Shown here piece after piece: positions 35,895-44,811 of a stretch of 44,811 nt of DNA. This DNA is from Pelomyxa schiedti (taxonomy: Eukaryota > Protista > Evosea). The stretch lies in NCBI GenBank assembly GCA_020536535.1, contig JAHLWZ010000104.1:1-44811 (forward strand). The letters are read 5' to 3'. Each line of letters opens with the position of its first letter. Within the stretch, counting starts at the first letter, position 1. A program made the translations under genes and the position numbers. A model generated the notes under the pieces. That model worked only from the letters and a program-made list of their open reading frames with translations. It ran no database searches and was not told where the DNA came from.

Positions 35895-38826
35895 TCAATA
35901 GAACCTCTCAGGGGACCTTCCCCTCCTCTCCTGAGGCCTCTTCTTCTTCCCCTTGCCTTTGGCCTTCTTCTTCGCCCCCTCCTCCTTCCCGGGGTCCTGA
36001 GCAGGAGCGGGCGCGGGAGTGACAGCAGAGACAATAGGGGGGCCGGTGTAGAGGGAGCCCCTGGGCAGCGACCCCGCGCTGGTGCTGGTGAAGCCGTGCT
36101 GCGCGAACTTGCCGGTGGTGTGCGCCACGCCCTGCGACTGGTCCGCCGCGCCGCGGACCGTGCGCCGCGTGCCCCTCTTGATGTCCACCAGCGAGTGCTT
36201 GGTGTCTGAGGCCCGGTAGTGGCTGAATGCCACCTCCTCGAGAAGCTCGTCGCGGGGGAATGCGGTGGTGTACCGCGGCTTCTGCTGCTGTTGCTGTGCT
36301 TGCCGGGGGTTTTTGGTGCTATTTGTGGTGTTGGGTTTGGTTGTGGTATTTGTGCTGGTGGTGGGTTTGGGGGATGATTCTGGTTGTTCTTGTTGGGATT
36401 GGGGGGTGGTGGATTTGGATGGTGATTTGGACTTGGGTGGTGGTGGGGGTGGTGTTTGGTCCTCTTGTAGGAGGTGGTAGGCGTCTGGGTCGAAGGACTT
36501 GTATTCTTGGACTGTGACGGCTGGGGGTGGGTGGCCGTAGAACAGCGCTCCAGTCACATAGTCCTTGAGAAGCATTCGGGCTGTTTGTGACTGATGCGGG
36601 AGGTTGCTTGCTGTCATGAACCCGCGTGCCTTGGCGAGTTCACTGAGGAAAATACTGGCCTCGGAGTGCTCGGAGGTGGTGTGTGATGGCTTGCTGGGTT
36701 TCGGTGGTGCACTCAGGGGAATTGGGAGGTTGTAGTGTGCATAAAGAACCGGCATAGGGATGCGCTGACAGACAAGTTGAGCAGGTGACAGGAAATCAAT
36801 CATTTGGTCTATTGGAAGCACGCCATTACAAACCATGTCCGCTTTGGAACTCAAGAAACTATGTGGGAAAAGGTTAATATCTTATCACAGTGTTAGTAAA
36901 AGTCATCACTCACGACGGGAAAACGAGCCCAGGGCAATCGCATAACATGATTTTGGGATCCTTGGAGAAGTTAAGGGAGGGAATAAAGAAAAATAACAGG
37001 CACACCAAAATTATAGTTTGCAAGTGTTTTGTCCTTCCAGGCGTTGCTGTAACTGAAACACGTTTTTCTCCACAGAGAGCATTTATTGTTGACGATTTTC
37101 CTACATTTGGATATCCAACCTACTGAAATAAGAACGAAATTTAATGAGAATTCAACGCACCATGCCAATGGTGATCTTCGAGGGATCTCGTTTGTGTGGA
37201 CTTGGATTCTTGAGGAAGTAGTCTTTGATATGTAACCTTGCCACATTAAATACGTGCAGAAGTTCGTGCGCCGTGAAAACGCGTGCTGAGTATCTAAGCT
37301 TTTCTTCCTCCGAACTTGAGGGTCCGGGGACGGCTGGACGTTCGGGGTTTTGCTCAGGTGGCTGACTGTCGGTCCTCGTTTTAATCTCACGGAGAGCGGA
37401 CCAGAAAATGTACTCTATGTTCTGTAAATACATAAGTAAAAACATTAAGTCATAGTGATCATACATGTGCCCTGAAGTACCGAGCCCAATGGATTCTCTG
37501 TGCTTCAGTTAAGAAATCTGCTTTGTTAACCAACAGGACGTTTAATTTGTAGTCCCCTGTCTCTTTGGTATACTTTATGAGGTCTTCGTTCATATAGAAC
37601 AAGGGGTCTCTATAGAACAACAAGAGGATGTCAAATACGTTAGGAGGAAAAAAGCCATCATACCTTGCATCCACAATTTGTACAAGAGCATCGCTCTTCT
37701 CAAGAACTCTCCACAGTTGTCTCCATATCTCGATGTTTTTTTCATATGGTGTGAGTAACAATTTCTCCTTTTCCTCTAGTAAAGCCAACTGTCTTCGCCA
37801 TTCTAGAAAGGAAATATTCTCCAAGTGCGTGAGTTCTTCAATGGACATTGTTGGTGACCACTGCGGGCGCCTGTACAACAACTGTAAAATTACACCAAAG
37901 CCCTCAAAAAAAAAAAAAAAAAAAACAAAAACAAAACGAACCTTGGAACAGTCAATTGGTGAGTTGCGCGCTGTGCAGCCAGTTGGTCATGGGTCTTTGG
38001 TTGTACTTGAAACGATCTCTTTTCCAGTACAACTTGAAATTCTTTCTAGAAACCACAATATTTAAACGAGCAGAATAAACAAAAAAAAAAACACCAATTC
38101 ACAAATTAACAAGTTAATATAACGAATCCGTCAATTAACAAATTACCGGACAGCACACAGCACATAACACATAACACAGGACGCGCCACGGACCTCTGCC
38201 TCGAATGACTCATTAGCAAGCATGGCGTCGGACAGGAGCTGCTGCAGCTCCCCCTGGTGGGTCACGCTCATCTTGGCCGCCCGCTTCTCCGTCTCCTGCC
38301 TCACGTCCCTGGGCTGCAGCACCACGCCCCCCGCAAACACCCTCGTCCCCACGTCCGTGGGCCCCGCCCCCGTGGGCCCCGCCTTGGCCACCCTCCTCGT
38401 CGTCGTCGTCTGAGCCGTCGCCGCCTTGGCCGCCGCGGTCTCCACCCCCCCCGGCGGCGCCTGAACCACCGGCTTCCTCTTGGCCGCCGCGCCCTCCCGA
38501 GCCTCGTCCTCCTCCCCCTCGTCGTCGTCTGAGGTGCCCGCCTCGCCTTGCTCGTCGCTGCTGGCGCTGCTCCCGTCGTGGTCGTCGGCGGCGGGGGGCT
38601 TGCCGCCGCTGCGCGTTGCTGCGTACAGGGTTTCTTCGTCGCCTTGGTCGTCATACTCGTCGTCGGAGATGGGCTTGGTGTTGTGGATGGCGAGGGCGTT
38701 CTTGGCGTGGAGGTCGTGGCGGGTGCGCCTCTGCGCGCGCAGCAGCGCGGTGCCGAAGTGGCCCCCGCTCTTTTGGCTCCCGCCTCCTTGCTTGTCCCCG
38801 CCTCCTTGCTTGTCCTTCTTCGGCAT
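35895..38826 (-). CDS. LSG1: Large-subunit GTPase 1 (circularly permuted GTPase), multi-exon
   Basis: [68 protein letters not shown] and [11 protein letters not shown] motifs. Confidence 0.95.
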
Positions 38827-38958
38827 GTGGTACCGTCACACTATTGCCGATCGTTCGCAATTAAACTTTCCAAGCAACTGCAAACCCAACTCAAAATCAC
38901 CGGCGCAGAACTGGCCTCTGATTGATTTTCGCAAAGCAAGGGTTGGTGGTAGGGTGGC

Positions 38959-39862
38959 ATGGGTGGAACAAAGAGTAGCTCACACTCGATCGCACGACCT
39001 GTGGTGCACACACAACAACCAACCACAGAGGCACAACCAAAACCAAAGTCAGAGTCACTTCACGAGGTTGCGATAGCGCAAGGTGTTGCGTTGTTGATGA
39101 CACACCACGCGAGGTGCGGTGCTCGCGCTCGCTGGGTCCTGCCCCACGATCTCATGCGCAGCATCGTGATGCTTCTGATGCCTTTTGCTGGTGTGTGTGT
39201 GTGCGTTGGTTATTGCTGGAATAGTTAGTTGTTCAACATTGGCCAAAAAGTGTTTAATCCTGAAACTGTGAGGGATGAATGCTTGCTCTTGTCAAATGGA
39301 AACACTACATTGACAAAGAACGAACTCTCAAACTATTGGAGAAAATGTGTGATGGGCACAAGGAGAATTCCACCACCATTTCCAGGCCGTTCCTTCACCT
39401 GGGGTGTATGTATCCCTCTCGCTCCCACTCTCTCCCGTCAATTAACGAAACTACTCCTTTTGGCAGATGAGGAAGGACAGTGAGTGTGACTGGGTGTTTA
39501 TTGGAGTTGCGGAGGAATGTTCACTTTGCATACATGCCTATGGTGCTGATTCACATGCGTGGGGCGTTGCCTTCTCAGAAGAAGAAGGCGTTCACAAGGT
39601 ATGTGGACGTTCTAGTCTTCCCTCCCTCCTTACTTTGAACAAGGCACACAACCAACGTGGTGAGCTTTTGACACACAAGAACATCGAGCAAGGGGATGTT
39701 GTGTGGATCACAGCCAGATACAATGAAAGCAGGACGCTGTCAGTGTCGTTTCGTGTGAACAACGAACCGGAACTGTGTTGCTGGAGTGACCCTGCAATGC
39801 AGAACCTCACTCTCTTCCCCTCAATCACCCTTGGTCCACCTGCAACATTCACCATTATCTAA
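38959..39862 (+). CDS. SPRY/B30.2-like domain protein with an N-terminal HxRCG motif (4 exons)
   Basis: LLSNGNTTLTK, WVFIGVA, YGADSHAWG, QGDVVWI, SFRVN and LFPSITL follow the SPRY strand pattern; three phase-0 GT-AG introns. Confidence 0.7.
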
Positions 39863-39960
39863 TGTAAATTGCCTATTGGTGAGGCTTACCCAACAAACAA
39901 GAATAACAGAACAACTACCAACATAAAACTTTATGTTACCACAACCAGGCCACCTCACAT

Positions 39961-42334
39961 TCAGTGAAGTTGTTTTGTTGGGGTGGGTACTGTTGTGGAT
40001 GTTGCTGATGATAATGGAGGGAATTGCATTAAAGAGTCCGGGGGTGATGGATTGGCTTGGATTTCGGCCGCAAAGTCATTGAGTCCGGCATTGAGGTCGT
40101 CATAGTCAAGGCCTCCAAGGGTGTCCAATTCGGTGGCACTTGACAAGTCCGGATCCGGACTGGTAGCCGATGCTTTTGATGTGTTGGCAGCGGTATTTGT
40201 ATTTGTATTTGTATTTGCATTTGGTGTGTGTGGGGGTTGCTGTGGTGATGCTACTTGGAAAAGTTGAATTACGGGGGATCCAAGTATCTTGGTGGGATCG
40301 AATGTTAGGGGCTGCAACTTGGACCCATGTGTTGTTTTGCTTATGGATTGTGGGTGTGAAGGAATTTCCCCTGGCTCAGATTCTTGTTGTTGCCTTTCAT
40401 TTGGTTTGCCAACATCATTGGAGGATTCCGATGCAGATACTCCTAATTCAGGTGTTTGTGGGGAAATTGCAGTGTTGGCTTCGTTGGGCAGGAGTGTGGG
40501 ACCTGTGTGGCCGGGCCACCAATGGCAGTTCTCATGATTTATGGGAGGTACAAGGGAGCATTTGTTGGAGCTTTCTTTTCCTTGTTCTGGTTGTTCAGGT
40601 TCCAACTGTTCGGACTCTAGCAGGGGGAAAACTAGAACTGGAAGTTCTAGTTTTTCTACTTCTGCCTGTTCTGGTTCTGGCTTGACAGCAGAGAGGAGAG
40701 GGAAAAGGTGAACTCCAGAGGTGGGGAGGGTGGTTGTGGTATCTCCTATGGGGGATTTGAGTGTGAGTTGAAGTATTGCCGAGAGTGTTTCCTTAGTTCC
40801 TTGGAATGTGGGGAGAACAAAGTCCTGGTTTGGGTTGATGACTGGGAGGTGAGGAGTGACTGTTTTTGCCGAGGAGAGTTCCCCCAGTGCCAATTTTGAT
40901 GCCCCCAACAAGATGAGCTCATCATCCAACTCCAGAATCTTCGCAACTGCTTGGATCGTTTTTGTTGTGTTGCTCTCAAGCAAGTTCAGGTCTCTGAAAA
41001 AGAGCATTAGAACCTGGATAAGCAGTTGATTGGGGACCTTTTTGACTGGAGCAGAGGTTCTGAAATGATCCCGCACTTTGTTTCAACTTCCTCTTCCAGA
41101 ATCTTTTGTCTCCTGGCGAGTGCTTGTTGAATCTTCTGTATTTCAGTGGAAATTGACGTCTTCAGTGCGGCTGAGGAAGAGTTCAATCTTGAAAGGCACG
41201 TGTCAATATCCTCAGTGCACTTCTGAATTTGAACTTGTGAATTCTTCACTTCCTCCAGCCCACTTTTCAGCAATGATTTCACGCGGGGTACAGCTGTGGA
41301 CCTCAGGACAACGGCTGAGGAGTGCTCCTTGTGATTTCCAAACTGTGAGCACCCATAACAACACAGTTCCTGCAAAAAAGTTGGTGAAAAAGAACAAATG
41401 GCTTTTGTGTACATACAGTGCAGTTTGGGCAGAAGAGCTCGAAGGTCTTGTTGTGAGCAGTGCAGCGAGGTTCTCTCACAGGAAAATGCCCTGAAAAAGG
41501 CACCCTGACGTGTCCCCGGAATATCTTGTGTGAGTGTATTGCAGTGTCACATGCGCTGCACAGGGCTGTTTCACAATCACTGCAGCTCACACATGCACTT
41601 TTGGTCTCGCATTCGTCGCATGTCCTGTGCTGTGTGAGCAAAGTTAGTGATAAGATGTTTCTCGTACCTTTTTCCAGAGTCCATAAACTTTCGTTGAGAG
41701 AGAAGTGAACAAAGGGGTACAACAGAACCATTTGGCTTCAGAGTTTCTGTGGGTTTCGGGGCCACGACAAGGCTCAAGCACAGTGGGCACTTTTGGAGTT
41801 GCTTGGAATCTGTTTGGAAGTTCACACCACAAGTTCTGCACACTGTGTGGTTGCACGAAGCAGACGGAAATGAGACCGGTACAACTTCGCTTTCATTGTA
41901 TTGTTTGTTGCACAATCTGCACCGCACCAAAACACCCAGAGCGTTGTCAACCGGCTCTGCAATGTGCTGTCAGGCCAAAAAAAAAAAAAAAAAGTCACAC
42001 CAAGAGAAGGTGCACCAAAGATGGAAGCTGTTGAGGTGGTCACGCCAGCACCACTCTCTGTTAGAGTCGTAGAAGCAAACAAACTGGAAGTGGTGATTGT
42101 GCCAGCTGTGGTGCGACCAAAGATAGATGGTGTCGGTGAAACCTCAGCAAGCGGCGTCCAGCTAAAAAGCGGCATGGAGAAGGTTGTACTTAGTGTATTT
42201 CCTACTCCTGAAGTGGAGGTGCCAAAAAGCGGCGGGGGAGTAGGGGTTGTGGGCGACGGCGTGGCACTTGGGGCGCTGAGAGGTTGAAAAATACTTGGTG
42301 AGGATGATGATGGAGGTCCAAACGAGAACAACAT
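39961..42334 (-). CDS. Complete TRIM/RBCC-type protein: FG-like N-terminus, C3HC4 RING, B-box1, B-box2, coiled coil, low-complexity tail
   Basis: RING CRLC...CNHTVCRTC...CPLC, two B-boxes, then a heptad region; four GT-AG introns keep the frame. Confidence 0.85.
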
Positions 42335-42336
42335 CT

Positions 42337-42425
42337 GGCTGAACAAAAAAAACACCAGACCGCCGATCCTGAGCGACGGTAACGAAAATTACAGCGTTCC
42401 GGTCCGTTGATTATTTTATTCTGCC
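42337..42425. mobile_element. 89-bp MITE, copy B
   Basis: Colinear with 6171-6259 (8 substitutions by eye); ATCT TSD at 42333-42336 and 42426-42429. Confidence 0.92.
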
Positions 42426-42484
42426 ATCTTGTCGTTGAATGTTTTACGCTAAATCGATTTAGCGACTTTGTGCCGCAACAGACA

Positions 42485-43891
42485 TCACAGGAGGGAGTTT
42501 TTAGAAAAAGCCTCAATTGCCGCCTCACTTGAGACATCCACAAAGTCGTGAGGAACACGCCAGTACACACTCTCGTCGAGTGTGATTCCTTGCTCGGTTT
42601 CAACTAGCCTCATTATTGGGAACTGTGATGCTGTTGCTGTTGCTGAGGGTGATGGTTTGGGTGAAGTGTGTGGGGCTTCAATCATGGCCTTGAATTCGAC
42701 TATTTCTGACCACGACACCAAGGGCAGCTTGGAACTTCCTTCAAGTGGCGAAACATCCACAAGGATAATCTCCGTTGTTGAAACAAAGTATACATCGAAA
42801 ATATCTGCGCAACAATATGAGATACAAGACAAAACCGAAAAGGGGCAGGTTGACTTACAGTCGGAGAGTGGGAACCCAGATAAATGATCATGGAAAAAGG
42901 CAATCAGGGCCTCGCGCATTGCTGCCTTGAATTGGTACAAAAACGCATGGAATATATTGCAGTTTCGTTGGCAGGCACACACAAGGACACTGTCAACTAC
43001 CACACAGCGCATCTCCATGGAGGGATTCAGGACTCTGAATTCGCGTAGTGCCAAAGTGATGGGGAAATTACTGTATGGGAGTTAATGGGAGAAGAACACA
43101 ACACACATGCGTTACAATTGTCTTGCCTTTTCAAAGTCTTGTGCAATGAAGTCCGAACTCTTGAGCAACAGCACCAACTCAGAGAAATTGGTCACTTTTG
43201 CCGAGCAATTTTGGGTCATCCACACTGCATCTTTTGCTGAGCTCCAGTTTGTTTTACAAAACACAGATCCACCAAGTCGCTGGATTGCTGTTAATTATAA
43301 AACATCAGTAAAAATCAAGGATGCAGTGGGATTAACACCTGTGTTCACAGTCTCCTCCAGTTCCCGAAAAGAGCTCAAGTCATCACTGCCGTGCGCCACT
43401 TGTTCCCCTTGCTCCTCTACCTCGCTGGGTGCCGTCGTAGTAGTAACAGTTGCAGTAGTAGTATCAGAAGGCTGTTCATCTACGCCCCCTTCTTCATCAG
43501 GGGGATAGTCCCCAGGCGTGTACTCGTCATCAGGCTCACTATTATACTTGGGGAAGAATTCCGGCGGCATAACGAACCTCCCTGCACGACAAAACCCAGA
43601 ATAACCATCAACACCCAAGCCAACACAAAAGCAAAAAGCAAAAAGCAAAAAGCAAAAAGCAAAAAGCAAAAAGCAAAAAGCAAAAAGCAAAAAGCAAAAA
43701 GCACAAACACGCACGCCCGCGACACACACACCGTTCTCCAAATAGTCCACGAAGGCAGGGGGCAGATCCACAAGCGCCGTCGCGAACGTGGCCCCACGCA
43801 GCCCTCCCCACGTCATCCACCTCCCAATCTGGCTCATCGACCACGCCTCAACGTGCTCCGTCTCCGACGACCCAGACTCGCCCCTATTCAT
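42485..43891 (-). CDS. CDC123: Cell division cycle protein 123 (ATP-grasp eIF2 assembly factor), multi-exon
   Basis: LPPAFVDYL, KTNWSSAKDAVWM, LLLKSSDFIAQD, LALREF..LNPSMEMRC..V and CQR motifs. Confidence 0.88.
43627..43702. repeat. (AAAAAGC)n heptamer microsatellite, 10 full units, in CDC123 intron 1
   Basis: Direct reading. Confidence 0.95.
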
Positions 43892-43947
43892 CCACTAGTT
43901 ACTTGGTTTGTTTGTTTTTTTTTGCAGGTGGGTGGCCCCACCACGTC

Positions 43948-44160
43948 TTAATCAGCTTCGGGTGCACCCAGCCAGAGCTTTGTTTCGTCGGAGAAAACAA
44001 GGCTGGAGCGGCAAGAAGATGTGTCAGCGAGGTAGCCGCGGATCTCGTCGACGGTGATCCCGAACTTGTTCATTGTGTAGACGGCAAGATGCGGTGATGA
44101 TGTTTTCCACCACGGGCAGAAATTTGGAGCGTATCACCGTGGCGTCAATGGAGTCTACTA
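43948..44160 (-). pseudogene. Frameshifted C-terminal relic of the family seen at 5997-6157
   Basis: IDATVIRSKFLPVV / frameshift / TSSPHLAVYTMNKFGITVDEIRGYL...TKLWLGAPEAD*; no upstream body is visible. Confidence 0.6.
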
Positions 44161-44603
44161 CGGCCGTAGTTACTAAGAATTGCATGCCATCCTGCAAGAT
44201 CCCATCTCAGCAGATACGAGGGATGGAGAAGTATCTGATTTGATAATTATCAGGTGTAAAAAAAGTGAGGAGCACATGATGTGATCGATGCGGAGTCTTT
44301 AGGCGAAGACAGGACTTTTTTTTCCTCCCTTCGACATGGGAGCTCAAAGAACCACCGAATTGTGCTCTGTGACGTGGTGCGTTGTGACCACAGGACCACA
44401 AAGTGTTGTTTGCCACCAAGACCGGTGTTGCCGGAAACACGACAGCTGAAGAGGGAAAATATTTTTTTTTTCGCAAACATCACAATGTCCCCAAATCCTT
44501 GTCTGCAGCACTTCCACTGGAGGTGCAGCCTCCTCCGTTTGGTATTATTCATTCTTGGATCCAAATGAATAATTCAAGACGAATTTGATTTTGTTTGTCA
44601 ATG

Positions 44604-44811
44604 TCAGTCGTCGTCATCGGAGTCATGGTCATAGTCGTCGGAGGGGATATCCTCCAGGAATGCTTCATCACGGTAATGGAAGTACTCCTTGAAGAAGTAG
44701 GTGCAGGTGGTGCTGATGTGGATGAGGCTGCGGAACTGGTGGAAGAGGCTGTTGTGATTGAGGCTGATGCAGTTGTACTGCTGGTGGTTGCAGGGTCGGA
44801 AGAAGAAGATG
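44604..44811 (-). CDS. Probable 3' end of a gene entering from beyond the window; frame ambiguous
   Basis: One frame ends ...EDIPSDDYDHDSDDDD*; another is an open Ser/Thr/Ala-rich frame. Confidence 0.3.
   Translation of the reverse strand, partial: IFFFRPCNHQQYNCISLNHNSLFHQFRSLIHISTTCTYFFKEYFHYRDEAFLEDIPSDDYDHDSDDDD

Noticed and set aside
43627-43702. Regular repeat giving FCFLLFA peptide repeats or a CRISPR-like look
   Set aside because: A simple intronic heptamer microsatellite with no spacers; eukaryotic context.

Overview
Gene-dense eukaryotic genomic DNA with many very short (~35-55 nt) spliceosomal introns and two 100-N scaffold gaps. It looks amoebozoan, and the gene families and intron style suggest Pelomyxa/Archamoebae (inference). 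Recognisable conserved genes: eIF4G, a small heat-shock protein, UTP4/cirhin, RRS1, CTNNBL1, LSG1, CDC123 and U6 snRNA (with a Dictyostelium-type upstream element). Also present are a six-SH3 adaptor, a Sel1-repeat protein, an MFS-like transporter and members or relics of lineage-expanded families. Most notable: (1) three TRIM/RBCC-type genes, two of them tail-to-tail with a stand-alone SPRY/B30.2-like gene, with swapped first exons and RING loss; (2) an 89-bp MITE in two copies with 4-bp TSDs and a visible empty site, one copy inserted at a TRIM start codon in an intron-like geometry; (3) a 717-bp microhomology-flanked tandem duplication of the eIF4G 5' end; (4) two isolated palindromic or fold-back elements. 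Intron-containing gene spans were assembled by eye, and exon boundaries are not transcript-verified.
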